Part shown: positions 1-10,415 of the stretch, piece after piece | How the letters are laid out: every line of letters begins with the position of its first letter | How positions within the stretch are numbered: position 1 is the stretch's first letter | NCBI GenBank assembly: GCA_964529155.1 | Contig: CAZGVV010000008.1 | Span: 1-45,260, forward strand | From: an uncultured Rickettsiales bacterium | Lineage (GTDB): Bacteria; Pseudomonadota; Alphaproteobacteria; Rickettsiales; SXRF01 | Length of the DNA stretch: 45,260 nt | Direction: 5' to 3' | Notes under the pieces: generated by a model | Databases searched by the model: none | What the model was told of the DNA's origin: nothing | What the model saw: only the letters and a program-made list of their open reading frames with translations | Position numbers and translations under genes: made by a program

Positions 1-1
1 C

Positions 2-286
2 AGCCGCATGGATTAAGTGATCTTTGAAGAATTCAAGGGCACCGGCAACTCGGAAATCGTGCTGGATCGAAAACTGGCCGATAAACGCACCTTCCCGGCG
101 ATGGACATCAATAAATCCGGCACCCGCAAGGAAGACCTGCTGGTAGATAAGCCGATCCTGACCAAAATGTGGGTCATGCGCCGCATTCTAAACCCGATGG
201 GTGCGATTGATGGCATGGAATTCTTGCTGGAAAAACTCAAGGATACCAAGACGAATGCTGAGTTCTTTGAGAAGATGAATTCGTAA
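2..286 (+). CDS. rho: transcription termination factor Rho, 3' end (5'-partial at window edge; in-frame TAA at 14-16, so possibly a pseudogene or a base-call error)
   Basis: Frame 2 reads [46 protein letters not shown]...[23 protein letters not shown]. This is the conserved C-terminal end of Rho. The stop at 284-286 is where Rho normally ends. Confidence 0.8.
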
Positions 287-324
287 GAATTACATTCTTT
301 TAGTTCGCATATTACGGCTGGCGC

Positions 325-353
325 TTGCACTGGCAGTATAAACGCGTTAATAA
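325..353 (+). promoter_or_regulatory. candidate sigma70-type promoter upstream of ettA (TTGCAC-N17-TAATAA)
   Basis: TTGCAC at 325-330, a 17-nt spacer, then TAATAA at 348-353, about 34 nt before the ettA ATG. This is a motif match only. Confidence 0.3.
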
Positions 354-386
354 ATACGCCTTACATCCATTATCATCAGGAATACT

Positions 387-2051
387 ATGGCAGCACATCA
401 ATATCTCTACGTCATGAAGGGCCTTTCAAAAGCGTGGCCCGGTGGAAAACAGGTGCTGAAAGACATTTGGCTTTCGTTTTTGCCAGGTGCAAAAATCGGC
501 GTGCTTGGGCCAAACGGCGCGGGTAAATCTACCTTGATTAAAATCATGGCGGGGCTGGATAAGGAATATACCGGTGAAGCATGGGCGGCGGAGGGCATCA
601 AGATCGGCTATCTGCCACAGGAGCCGCAGCTCGATACGTCGAAAAATGTATTTGAAAATATCATGGATTCACTGGGTGAAAAAAAGGCGCTGCTGGAGCG
701 CTATAACGAATTGATGGCCGACTATTCCGATGATGTGGCCGATGAAGCGGCAAAGCTTCAAGACCAGATTGATGCCGCAGGTGCGTGGGACATTGAGCGC
801 GATGCGGAAATCGCCATGGACGCGCTCCGCTGCCCACCTAAGGATGCAGATGTAAGCAAAATTTCCGGTGGCGAAAAGCGCCGCGTGGCACTGTGCAAAT
901 TGCTGCTGGAAAAACCGGACATGCTGTTGCTCGATGAACCAACCAACCATTTGGATGCGGAGTCTATTGCGTGGTTGCAGCACTTCCTGGAAACCTATCC
1001 CGGCACAGTGGTAATGATTACGCATGATCGCTACTTCCTGGATAATGTAACCGGCTGGATTCTTGAATTAGACCGTGGTTCAGGCATTCCTTACGAAGGT
1101 AATTACTCGACCTATCTGGAAGCCAAGCAAAAGCGCATGACCCAAGAATCAGCAGAAGAATCGGGTCGCCAAAAGCAATTGGCACGTGAATTGGAGTGGA
1201 TTCGTCAGGGTGCCAAGGCACGTCAGTCAAAAAGCAAGGCGCGTATTGCCGCATATGAAGAATTGCTGGCAAAAGATGTGCGGGCGCAAGTCGGCGCGGC
1301 GCAAATCGTTATTCCAACCGGCCCGCGCCTCGGCAACACAGTCATTGAAGCGCAGGATGTGGCGAAGACCTACGGCGATAAATTACTGTTTGAGCATTTG
1401 CAATTTAAACTGCCCCCGGGTGGTATTGTTGGTATTATTGGGCCAAATGGTGCAGGTAAATCGACGTTATTTCGCCTGATTACCAAACAAGAAACCGCCG
1501 ATGCAGGCACCTTTACCGTAGGTGATACGGTAAAGTTAGGCTACGTGGACCAATCACGTGATTCGTTGAATGACAGCAAAACCGTGTGGGAAGAAATTTC
1601 CGACGGCAATGAAGAAATCGAGCTCGGCAAGCAGAAGGTCAAATCAAGGGCGTATGTATCCTCGTTCAATTTCAAAGGCACGGATCAGCAGAAAAAGGTC
1701 GGCCAGCTTTCCGGCGGTGAACGCAACCGTGTGCATTTGGCGAAGATGCTAAAGAGTGGAGCGAATGTAATTCTACTCGATGAACCGACCAACGATCTGG
1801 ACGTCGAAACATTACGCGCATTGGAAGATGCACTGGAAGAATTCGCCGGCTGCGCCGTGGTCATCTCGCACGATCGCTGGTTCCTGGATCGCATAGCGAC
1901 GCACATTCTGGCATTTGAGGGTGACTCCCATGTGGAATGGTTCGAGGGGAATTACGAAGCCTATGAGGCGGATTTAAAACGCAGGCTTGGCGTGAGTGAG
2001 CTGACACCACAAAAAATGCGCTTTAAACCAATTGAGCGGAAGCGGGCGTAA
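387..2051 (+). CDS. ettA: energy-dependent translational throttle protein EttA (ABC-F ATPase)
   Basis: 554-aa ORF with two ABC cassettes. Walker A GPNGAGKST occurs twice, with signatures ISGGEKRRV and LSGGERNRV. The N-terminus (YVMKGLSKAWPGGKQVLKDIWLSFLPGAKIGVLG) and the length are typical of EttA. Confidence 0.9.
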   Translation: MAAHQYLYVMKGLSKAWPGGKQVLKDIWLSFLPGAKIGVLGPNGAGKSTLIKIMAGLDKEYTGEAWAAEGIKIGYLPQEPQLDTSKNVFENIMDSLGEKKALLERYNELMADYSDDVADEAAKLQDQIDAAGAWDIERDAEIAMDALRCPPKDADVSKISGGEKRRVALCKLLLEKPDMLLLDEPTNHLDAESIAWLQHFLETYPGTVVMITHDRYFLDNVTGWILELDRGSGIPYEGNYSTYLEAKQKRMTQESAEESGRQKQLARELEWIRQGAKARQSKSKARIAAYEELLAKDVRAQVGAAQIVIPTGPRLGNTVIEAQDVAKTYGDKLLFEHLQFKLPPGGIVGIIGPNGAGKSTLFRLITKQETADAGTFTVGDTVKLGYVDQSRDSLNDSKTVWEEISDGNEEIELGKQKVKSRAYVSSFNFKGTDQQKKVGQLSGGERNRVHLAKMLKSGANVILLDEPTNDLDVETLRALEDALEEFAGCAVVISHDRWFLDRIATHILAFEGDSHVEWFEGNYEAYEADLKRRLGVSELTPQKMRFKPIERKRA

Positions 2052-2056
2052 TCAAC

Positions 2057-2076
2057 ATCCCGGCGAAGGCCGGGAT
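2057..2076 (+). terminator. GC-rich stem-loop just after the ettA stop (8-bp stem ATCCCGGC/GCCGGGAT, loop GAAG); no clear T-tract
   Basis: A perfect inverted repeat starts 6 nt after the stop codon. No U-run follows, so terminator function is uncertain. Confidence 0.3.
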
Positions 2077-2156
2077 ATAGGCTTGAATATGGACTTGCTT
2101 TTCGTTAATGTCGCTTGAATTTCACATGGATACTGGCTTTCGCCGGGATGATAGCT

Positions 2157-2816
2157 ATGCCCCGCCCTCACCTCACCGCTCCCGATAACGCTACCAATGT
2201 CCTCCTCCACTCCTGCTGCGCGCCGTGCGCCGGGGAGCTGATGGAGGCGTGTGTGGAGAGTGGGCTTGCGCTTACGGTGTTTTTTTATAATCCCAATATT
2301 CACCCCAAAAAAGAATACGAGATTCGCAAACAAGAAAATATCCGTTTTGCCGAGCAGATGGGGATTCCGTTTGTGGACGCCGATTATGACGTGCAAAACT
2401 GGTTTTCGCGCGCTAAGGGCATGGAGTATGAGCCTGAGCGTGGCATTCGTTGCACGGCATGCTTTGACATGCGGTTTGAGCGCACGGCGCTATATGCGCA
2501 TGAGCATGGATTTTCGGTGTTTACGTCAAGCCTGGGGCTTTCACGCTGGAAAAATATGGAGCAGATCAACAATTGCGGGCACCGCGCAGCATCACATTAT
2601 CCGGGGATTACCTACTGGGATTATAACTGGCGCAAAGGCGGCGGATCTGCACGGATGTATGAGATTGCTAAGCGCGAGGAATTTTATCAGCAGGAATATT
2701 GCGGCTGCATCTACTCTTTGCGTGACACCAACGCCTGGCGGGAGCAGAATGGTCGCGAAAAGATCGAGATTGGAGAGAAATTTTATCAAGAAAAGATAAG
2801 CAATACAAATAGTTGA
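2157..2816 (+). CDS. queH: epoxyqueuosine reductase QueH (DUF208 family)
   Basis: Cysteine motifs [20 protein letters not shown] and EYCGCIYS are characteristic of QueH. The start is uncertain: TTG 2115, ATG 2148 or ATG 2157. ATG 2157 has GGGA 8 nt upstream. Confidence 0.8.
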   Translation: MPRPHLTAPDNATNVLLHSCCAPCAGELMEACVESGLALTVFFYNPNIHPKKEYEIRKQENIRFAEQMGIPFVDADYDVQNWFSRAKGMEYEPERGIRCTACFDMRFERTALYAHEHGFSVFTSSLGLSRWKNMEQINNCGHRAASHYPGITYWDYNWRKGGGSARMYEIAKREEFYQQEYCGCIYSLRDTNAWREQNGREKIEIGEKFYQEKISNTNS

Positions 2817-2848
2817 GATTATTACCACCACCATTAAGACTGCCTTAA

Positions 2849-3865
<1,017 letters not shown>

Positions 3866-3890
3866 GAATCAAAAGCAACATAGGTAATGT

Positions 3891-4460
3891 ATGTATTCTG
3901 TACTTCTGATGGTAGTGATTATGGCCGGTGGTGCAGCCAATACGCTGCGTGGACGCGCCATCTTACCCCGCTGGGCATTTTATCTGGTAATGGGTTTGCT
4001 GGCATTCGCCGTTAGCGGCAAATGGTGGTATGGGGCATTATGGGCAATCGGCAGCATCATCTGGCTTTCTCGCGGGTGGGGTGAAGGATTTTCTGCTATC
4101 ACCGGCCGCATGAGCACTAATTTAGGCAGCAATCCTGTGATCGAAAAAGTATGTTTTAAACTGGTTCCTGATCCCTACGCCACGCCTGATGCTGCAAAAA
4201 AATGGGGATTTTACTTCATGCTGCAGCGTGGCCTGTATTTTCTCTACCCTATATTTATAGCGCTTGCTTACTTTACCGGCATGTGGAGCTTCTTAGTACT
4301 GGGCTTGTTCGGCGGCTTACAAGGCGTGTGTTATCGTATGTTTGGTTGTGTGCCTGAAGGTCAATATTCTGTGGCATGTGCCGAAGTATTGATGGGCGGG
4401 GTTCTTGCCTTGCTCATGATCACGGGCACATTAACTTTCAACGGATTTAATCCCTATTAA
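3891..4460 (+). CDS. hypothetical integral membrane protein (about 4-5 predicted TM segments), no family recognised
   Basis: 189-aa ORF fills the mdh-sucC gap. It has hydrophobic helices (LVMGLLAFAVSG, LWAIGSIIWL, LYFLYPIFIALAYF, FLVLGLFGGL, VLMGGVLALLMI). No competing ORF. Confidence 0.55.
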   Translation: MYSVLLMVVIMAGGAANTLRGRAILPRWAFYLVMGLLAFAVSGKWWYGALWAIGSIIWLSRGWGEGFSAITGRMSTNLGSNPVIEKVCFKLVPDPYATPDAAKKWGFYFMLQRGLYFLYPIFIALAYFTGMWSFLVLGLFGGLQGVCYRMFGCVPEGQYSVACAEVLMGGVLALLMITGTLTFNGFNPY

Positions 4461-4535
4461 TTTGTATAACAGTTGACTTAGCAATCAAAGACGATCAGAA
4501 ACCACTGGAAAAGTGAGAGTTTTGGAGAGATAGCA

Positions 4536-5708
4536 ATGAATATTCATGAATACCAAGCCAAACAGATACTTGAAAAACATGGCGTTTGTGTGCCGAAAGG
4601 GCATGTAGCGTACTCACCGCATGAAGCGGTAACGGGCGCGCAATCGCTCGGTGGTAAATTATGGGTAGTGAAAGCCCAGATTCATGCTGGTGGCCGCGGC
4701 AAAGCGGGCGGAGTGAAATTAGCTCGCAGCCTGGATGAAGTGGAAACATTCTCACGCCAGATGCTTGGCATGACATTGATTACCCATCAAACCGGCCCGG
4801 AAGGCCGTTTGGTTCGCCGTATATACGTAGAACAGGGAACAGAAATTAAAAAAGAATTGTATGTGAGCCTAGTAGTAGACCGCGCCAGTTCACGCGTTAC
4901 CTTCATAGCTTCTACCGAAGGCGGGATGGACATTGAAGAAGTTGCGGCAAAACATCCGGATAAAATCGCCATGGTGAGTATTGACCCGGCATGCAGCATT
5001 CAGCCTTCGCATACGCGGCGCCTGGCATTCGCGCTGAATATTCCCAAAGAATTACATAAGGATTTCACCACTTTCATCAATGCGCTCTATTGCTCATTCA
5101 TAGACACTGACGCAGCGCAGGTGGAAATAAATCCATTGGTTATCACCGGCGAAAACAAGCTAGTGGCACTGGATGCAAAATTCAATTTTGATGACAATGC
5201 CCTCTTCCGCCACCCTGATATCGCCGATCTACGCGATCCAGACGAAGAAGACCCGCTGGAACAGCAAGCGGCCAAATACGGCCTGTCATATGTGAAAATG
5301 GACGGCAATATCGGCTGCATGGTAAATGGTGCAGGCCTTGCTATGGCGACCATGGACATCATTAAACTCTATGGCGGTGCACCGGCTAACTTCCTGGATG
5401 TCGGCGGCGGAGCGAATAAGGAGAAGGTAACGGAAGCCTTTAAATTGATTCTCTCGGATAAGAACGTGGAAGGCATTCTGGTGAACATTTTCGGCGGCAT
5501 CATGCGTTGCGATATTATCGCCGAAGGGATCATCACCGCCGCCCGCGAAGTGAATTTGCGCGTGCCCCTGGTGGTGCGCTTGGAAGGCACGAATGTGGAG
5601 CTGGGCAAGAAGATGCTGGCGAGCTCAGGGCTGGCGATTATGTCAGCGGATAATCTTGGCGATGCAGCAGAGAAGATTACAAGCGCTGTGAAGCGGCAGG
5701 CTGCGTAG
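4536..5708 (+). CDS. sucC: succinyl-CoA ligase (ADP-forming) subunit beta
   Basis: [17 protein letters not shown]..., ATP-grasp domain, [18 protein letters not shown], 390 aa. GGAGAG lies upstream of the ATG. Confidence 0.95.
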   Translation: MNIHEYQAKQILEKHGVCVPKGHVAYSPHEAVTGAQSLGGKLWVVKAQIHAGGRGKAGGVKLARSLDEVETFSRQMLGMTLITHQTGPEGRLVRRIYVEQGTEIKKELYVSLVVDRASSRVTFIASTEGGMDIEEVAAKHPDKIAMVSIDPACSIQPSHTRRLAFALNIPKELHKDFTTFINALYCSFIDTDAAQVEINPLVITGENKLVALDAKFNFDDNALFRHPDIADLRDPDEEDPLEQQAAKYGLSYVKMDGNIGCMVNGAGLAMATMDIIKLYGGAPANFLDVGGGANKEKVTEAFKLILSDKNVEGILVNIFGGIMRCDIIAEGIITAAREVNLRVPLVVRLEGTNVELGKKMLASSGLAIMSADNLGDAAEKITSAVKRQAA

Positions 5709-5723
5709 ATGGAAGACGTGGTT

Positions 5724-5737
5724 CGAGTCGAGAGTCG
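5724..5737. repeat. left arm of an inverted repeat bracketing the four-helix-bundle remnant (CGAGTCGAGAGTCG)
   Basis: Its reverse complement CGACTCTCGACTCG matches CGACTCGCGACTCG at 5992-6005 and at 5999-6012 in 13 of 14 positions. Confidence 0.7.
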
Positions 5738-5992
5738 GCAGTTGCGAGAAGCAATAAAAAGCTATCGTGATTTGCGTGTTTGGCAAGAAGCACGTATTTT
5801 AGTGAAAGAATTATATTTCGCTACCAAGGCGTTACCTAAAGAGGAATTATATGGTTTAACGAGTCAACTTAAACGCGCAGCTATTTCTGTCCCTTCCACT
5901 ATTGCTGAAGGTGCAATCCTTATTGCAGCGGTCGGATAGTCTAAGCCGCATGCTAAACGGTTTGCATCATTCACTTGTTACCAAAACCACAC

Positions 5993-6013
5993 GACTCGCG
6001 ACTCGCGACTCGC
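5993..6013. repeat. 3 x 7-bp perfect tandem repeat (GACTCGC)3; right arm of the inverted repeat
   Basis: GACTCGC GACTCGC GACTCGC read directly, 18 nt upstream of the sucD ATG. Confidence 0.9.
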
Positions 6014-6030
6014 ATCAAGAGGAGTAAGAC

Positions 6031-6912
6031 ATGTCCATTCTCATCAACAAAAATACCAAGGTCATCTGCCAAGGCTTTACCGGCCGTGAAGGCACGTATC
6101 ATTCTGAGCAGGCAGTAGCGTATGGCACGCAGATGGTGGGTGGCGTGACGCCTGGCAAAGGTGGCACGACACATATTGATCTGCCGGTATTTGACACAGT
6201 GGAGCAGGCTAAAGCAAAAACCGGTGCGAATGCATCGGTGATTTATGTACCGCCGCCATTTGCCGCCGACGCCATTGTAGAGGCGATTGATGCACAGATG
6301 GAATTGGTGATTTGCATCACCGAAGGTATTCCTGTGCTTGACATGGTGAAGGTAAAACGCGCGCTGTGCGGTAGCAAAACACGCCTGGTCGGGCCGAACT
6401 GCCCCGGCGTCATTACACCCGGCGAATGCAAAATCGGCATCATGCCAGGGCATATTCATAAAAAAGGCCGCATAGGCATTGTATCACGCTCCGGCACCTT
6501 GACCTACGAAGCGGTAGCACAAACCACGGCGGAAGGACTGGGCCAGTCTACCTGCGTTGGTATTGGCGGCGACCCGGTAAACGGCACGAATTTCTTGGAT
6601 GTGCTGGATCTCTTCCTGCATGACAGCGAAACCGACGCGATTATTATGATCGGCGAAATCGGTGGAGATGCGGAAGAAGAAGCCGCAGCGTTCCTGAAAG
6701 CCTCGAAAATTAAAAAGCCTATTGTTGGCTTCATCGCTGGCCGCACGGCTCCTCCAGGACGCCGCATGGGCCACGCGGGTGCTATCGTATCCGGCGGCAA
6801 AGGTGGTGCAGAAGACAAGATCGAAGCCATGAAATCGGCAGGCATTGCAGTAGCGGATTCCCCCGCGAGCCTTGGTATTACGATGAAGGAGTTACTGAAG
6901 AAGGTGGCGTAA
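6031..6912 (+). CDS. sucD: succinyl-CoA ligase (ADP-forming) subunit alpha
   Basis: [36 protein letters not shown], and [12 protein letters not shown] (phosphohistidine loop). 293 aa. AGAGGAG RBS upstream. Confidence 0.95.
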   Translation: MSILINKNTKVICQGFTGREGTYHSEQAVAYGTQMVGGVTPGKGGTTHIDLPVFDTVEQAKAKTGANASVIYVPPPFAADAIVEAIDAQMELVICITEGIPVLDMVKVKRALCGSKTRLVGPNCPGVITPGECKIGIMPGHIHKKGRIGIVSRSGTLTYEAVAQTTAEGLGQSTCVGIGGDPVNGTNFLDVLDLFLHDSETDAIIMIGEIGGDAEEEAAAFLKASKIKKPIVGFIAGRTAPPGRRMGHAGAIVSGGKGGAEDKIEAMKSAGIAVADSPASLGITMKELLKKVA

Positions 6913-6914
6913 GC

Positions 6915-7289
6915 ATGATAGATAATCGCACCTCGTTTAACACACTCGTTAAAAATGTTGCTGATTTGAAAGGCTGGCGGCGCACCGCAAGCGGAGGCAT
7001 TGCCATTCGTTTTGATGAGGTTGAAAAGCAAAATACACCCGAAAATGAAGTATTGAATGCATTCCACCAATTGCAAGAACGTTCCGTTTTGCTCCCAACT
7101 AATTCACGTGGAAAAGATATTCATGCAATTATAATGCAATTTTCTGCTTCCTTAGCAACAAAGGAGGAGAAAGAAAGAGGCGTAATGCCTCCAGCATTTT
7201 ATGCACAAGGTAATACACTAAAAAATGCGATAGAAAATAATCCAGATTATAAAGCCAATTTGCAAAGGGCTTCTTTAGGACGCTTTTAA
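6915..7289 (+). CDS. hypothetical protein (AT-rich orphan ORF, no family recognised)
   Basis: 124-aa ORF starts 2 nt after the sucD stop, with AAGGTGG 7 nt upstream. Codon first positions are purine-rich. It is visibly more AT-rich than its flanks. Confidence 0.5.
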   Translation: MIDNRTSFNTLVKNVADLKGWRRTASGGIAIRFDEVEKQNTPENEVLNAFHQLQERSVLLPTNSRGKDIHAIIMQFSASLATKEEKERGVMPPAFYAQGNTLKNAIENNPDYKANLQRASLGRF

Positions 7290-7993
7290 CTCCTGCCCCG
7301 CCCCTGATTTGCCGTTTGCGTCATCGCTTCCTGCACGAATTTTCCGGCGAGATTGAAGCCACGAGCGGCAAGCTCCTTCACCACATCTTTCCCCACCTCA
7401 TAAAGACCAAGCTGAGCCATGGAATAATCGCCATGGGCTTTATCAATGGTATGTAATTCCTGATCAGCAGTGGCAATATTGGCTTTTAGGGCCGCGGTTT
7501 GTTCGGGATGGCTTTGGATCATTTCAGCATATTCTTCCACCTGGGCATTTAAATCCTCCTGGCGGTCGAGGAAATCACGGTCTGCCACGGGTTTAAGCAA
7601 CGCCGCGAAAAGGACGCCATATTGCTGGTATAAATCACTGAGGCGCTGGCGGGTAGAGCGATCCGGTGCACTAGGGGCGGGTGTGGCATCACGGCGAACC
7701 AGTTGCGTTCCATCGCCAGCACCTGCCCCATGCGGCCGCAAGGTGGCTAATGGTTTGGATTGCAGATAGCGCAGCGCGCTGACATCATAGGCCAAACGCT
7801 CAATGGTGAGCCGTTCCGGCGGTATCCCACCGGAGATAAATGCCCGCACAGCATCTTGAAAATACTCAATTCTTGGCCGCGGATCTCCACGCCCCACCAG
7901 CAAGGCATAGCGCTGTTCGACGTCAGAGAGTTCCAGGCATAGCCGACCGAGCAGCTCAACGATGCCTTGTAGTTCAGTTGCCGATAATTTCAT
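7286..7993 (-). CDS. hypothetical protein (235 aa, no family recognised)
   Basis: Long ORF with host-like GC content. Only short junk ORFs lie on the opposite strand. It is divergent from hemW. Confidence 0.55.
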   Translation of the reverse strand: MKLSATELQGIVELLGRLCLELSDVEQRYALLVGRGDPRPRIEYFQDAVRAFISGGIPPERLTIERLAYDVSALRYLQSKPLATLRPHGAGAGDGTQLVRRDATPAPSAPDRSTRQRLSDLYQQYGVLFAALLKPVADRDFLDRQEDLNAQVEEYAEMIQSHPEQTAALKANIATADQELHTIDKAHGDYSMAQLGLYEVGKDVVKELAARGFNLAGKFVQEAMTQTANQGRGRS

Positions 7994-8009
7994 GCTACTA
8001 TGATAAACG

Positions 8010-9140
8010 ATGAAACACGATACGCTAGCGCTTTATATCCATTGGCCTTTCTGTAAGGCCAAATGCCCGTATTGCGACTTCAATAGCCATGTACGTGAGT
8101 CCGTGGATGAGCAGGCCTGGCAAGCGGCTTTATTAGCAGAAATGGCCTATATGGCCGAGCATGTACCGGGAAAGCCGGTGGCCAGCATTTTTTTTGGCGG
8201 CGGCACTCCCTCCCTCATGCCCCCGAAAACGGCAGAAGCGTTGATTCACGAGGCGGAGCGGTTGTGGGGATGTGTGCCGGGGGTGGAAATTACACTGGAG
8301 GCGAATCCTACATCGGTGGAAGCCTCCCGGTTTGCCGGATTTCGCGCAGCGGGGGTGAACCGGGTTTCGCTGGGCGTACAGGCGATGGATGATGCATCGC
8401 TGGCGTTTTTAGGCCGCAAGCATAGTGCCGCAGAAGCATTGGTAGCAGTGGAAACGGCGGCACGGTTATTTCCGCGCTATTCATTTGATCTTATTTACGC
8501 CCGCCCCAATCAAACCGAAGCCCAGTGGCGTGAAGAGCTTACGCGAGCGCTGGACTTTGCCGATGGGCATTTGTCATTATATCAATTGACCATTGAGGAA
8601 AATACCGCGTTCTATACGGCCCATGCGCGCGGGGATTTTGTGGTGCCGGAAGAGCATCTGGCGGCGGATTTATATATTTTGACGCAGGAAATGATGGAGT
8701 CGGCCGGACTACCCGCCTACGAGGTGTCAAACCACGCACGCCCCGGGCAGGAAAGCCTGCATAATCTGGCCTATTGGCAAGGAGCGGATTATGTCGGGAT
8801 CGGGCCGGGCGCGCATGGGCGGCTTACGATCAATGACGGACGGGTTGCGACGCAGACCTTAAAAAGCCCCGAGCGCTGGCTCTCCAGCGTGCAAAGCAAA
8901 GGGCACGGTGCGGAGGTGTGGCAGGCGCTTTCTCTGGAAGAGACGCGGGAAGAACAGCTGATGATGCGCCTGCGATTAACAACAGGGCTGGACCGGGCAT
9001 TGGTGCCCTGGATACGTGAACACACTCTTAAAAGCATGGCAGCAGAGGGCGCATTGCGGTTTGATGACCATGAGATACAGCTCACACTGCAAGGCCGCCT
9101 GGTGTTGAATTATGTTACGGCGCGATTGCTGGCGGCGTAA
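8010..9140 (+). CDS. hemW: radical SAM family heme chaperone HemW (HemN-like)
   Basis: LYIHWPFCKAKCPYCDFNS radical-SAM CxxxCxxC motif, GGGTPS, 376 aa. The HemN C-terminal-like domain lacks the extra HemN N-terminal motifs. Confidence 0.85.
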   Translation: MKHDTLALYIHWPFCKAKCPYCDFNSHVRESVDEQAWQAALLAEMAYMAEHVPGKPVASIFFGGGTPSLMPPKTAEALIHEAERLWGCVPGVEITLEANPTSVEASRFAGFRAAGVNRVSLGVQAMDDASLAFLGRKHSAAEALVAVETAARLFPRYSFDLIYARPNQTEAQWREELTRALDFADGHLSLYQLTIEENTAFYTAHARGDFVVPEEHLAADLYILTQEMMESAGLPAYEVSNHARPGQESLHNLAYWQGADYVGIGPGAHGRLTINDGRVATQTLKSPERWLSSVQSKGHGAEVWQALSLEETREEQLMMRLRLTTGLDRALVPWIREHTLKSMAAEGALRFDDHEIQLTLQGRLVLNYVTARLLAA

Positions 9141-9143
9141 GAT

Positions 9144-10397
9144 TTATTTCTTATCAAATGCCAGCGGCGCCGGATCCAATTGGCGGAAACCGCCCTCGGT
9201 AATTTCCATCACGGCGAGCGCCCGCTCGGATGTGCCGTCTAACCGTAAGCGGTACAGGCCATCTGCCGGGCCAATAAATCCATCGGGTGCAGTTAACGTT
9301 AGGTCGGAATAATCAGGCCCGCCCGACGCCAGGGCAATTTTGGCTGCCAGAGCAACCGCGTCATAGGCAAGTCCGGCTAAACGCTTTGGTTTATACGCAT
9401 AAGAAGCCACGAAACGACGCGAGAAAGACGCATAGTCCTGGGGAGGCGCACTGGCTAACCACCCGCCGCGCAAGTCAGGATTGGCGAGAATTTCTTCATC
9501 ATCCCATAGCCCAGTCCCAAGAAACCGCACGCTTTTGCCACTTAACCCGTTGGATTTAAGAGCGGTTAGCATGTCGCGAAGTAAGGGGCCACTTTCTGCC
9601 AGCATCAGCCCCTGGAACGGCGCGCGACTGTACCCGGCTTTAATACGGGTTATGGCGGCTTCTAAATTAGCTTGGGTTTGGGAATAACTTTCTACCGGCT
9701 CAATACGCACGCCTTGTGGCGTCAGCGTATTACTGAGGGTGTCGCTGACGGTTTTGCCATATGCATCGTTTGGCACTAATGCCCCGATGGCGGTGATATT
9801 ATGCAGGGCCGCATATTCCGAGACGCGCTTCACCTGCTGCTCAGGCAGGAAGCCAAGCACATAGACGCCGGGTTGTGCCACGGCCTTGTTATTGGACAAC
9901 GATAAGACTGGCACGCCTGCTGCACGGGCGATTGGCGCAACAGCGCTGACAGAGGAGCTGAAAAGAGGCCCGATAATCAGGCTTGCCCCCTGAGCGATCA
10001 CTTCCTTTGCCGCTTCTGCAGCCAGCGCAGGGGAAGATTGGGTGTCTTTCGGGATGAGGGTTACGCGCGCGGTGATTTTATCCGGGGGAAGCGATACATA
10101 CGCGTCATATAACGCAAGGGTTGCTGCGTCCAGCATGGATTGACCAAGCGCCTTGGATTCGCCGGTCAAGGGCAACAGCAGCGCCACTTTTACCATAGGC
10201 ACAGCTGCGCCGGAAGGCGTTGTGCGCAGCCCGGCTGGATTTGCCACGTCTCCGGCCAAGCGGGCCATTTTGGAAGAAGTACTGGGCGGCGTGGTGGTTA
10301 CGCGGTTTTCTACCTTGTCGCGCGGCTGTGGCATGGTACATGCCGTCACGCTGATAAGCGCTATAATGGATAATGCGTGTAAAATGCGCGTGGTCAT
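9144..10397 (-). CDS. LpoA-like penicillin-binding protein activator / periplasmic-binding-protein type I fold lipoprotein
   Basis: Lipoprotein signal with lipobox (ALISVTAC). The rest resembles the Leu/Ile/Val-binding-protein fold. It is divergent from rsmI, as lpoA is in E. coli. Confidence 0.6.
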   Translation of the reverse strand: MTTRILHALSIIALISVTACTMPQPRDKVENRVTTTPPSTSSKMARLAGDVANPAGLRTTPSGAAVPMVKVALLLPLTGESKALGQSMLDAATLALYDAYVSLPPDKITARVTLIPKDTQSSPALAAEAAKEVIAQGASLIIGPLFSSSVSAVAPIARAAGVPVLSLSNNKAVAQPGVYVLGFLPEQQVKRVSEYAALHNITAIGALVPNDAYGKTVSDTLSNTLTPQGVRIEPVESYSQTQANLEAAITRIKAGYSRAPFQGLMLAESGPLLRDMLTALKSNGLSGKSVRFLGTGLWDDEEILANPDLRGGWLASAPPQDYASFSRRFVASYAYKPKRLAGLAYDAVALAAKIALASGGPDYSDLTLTAPDGFIGPADGLYRLRLDGTSERALAVMEITEGGFRQLDPAPLAFDKK

Positions 10398-10415
10398 GGC
10401 ATATACTGTAAAACT

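Larger units (their letters stand above)
5709..6027 (+). pseudogene. degraded four-helix-bundle protein gene (23S rRNA intervening-sequence protein family) with internal deletion and frameshift
   Basis: The N-terminal part SYRDLRVWQEARILVKELYFATKALPKEELYGLTSQLKRAAISVPSTIAEG matches the family but stops at 5939 after about 76 aa. The family's C-terminal helix (LLQRSDSLSRMLNGLHHSL) is readable in the +1 frame and runs to TAA at 6025-6027. The middle of the protein is missing. Confidence 0.7.

Noticed and set aside
285-299. AAGAAT-TAC-ATTCTT hairpin after the rho stop, as a possible terminator
   Set aside because: The stem is 6 bp and almost entirely A-T, with only a short T-run after it. It is too weak to call.
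2251-2799. 182-aa plus-strand ORF in an alternative frame of queH
   Set aside because: It overlaps queH on the same strand. The QueH frame carries the conserved Cys motifs, whereas this frame has none.
6504-7076. 190-aa minus-strand ORF
   Set aside because: It is antisense to the 3' half of sucD and to the start of the orphan ORF. sucD is unambiguous, and the translation is low-complexity Ala/Pro/Ser sequence typical of the reverse frame of a GC-rich gene.
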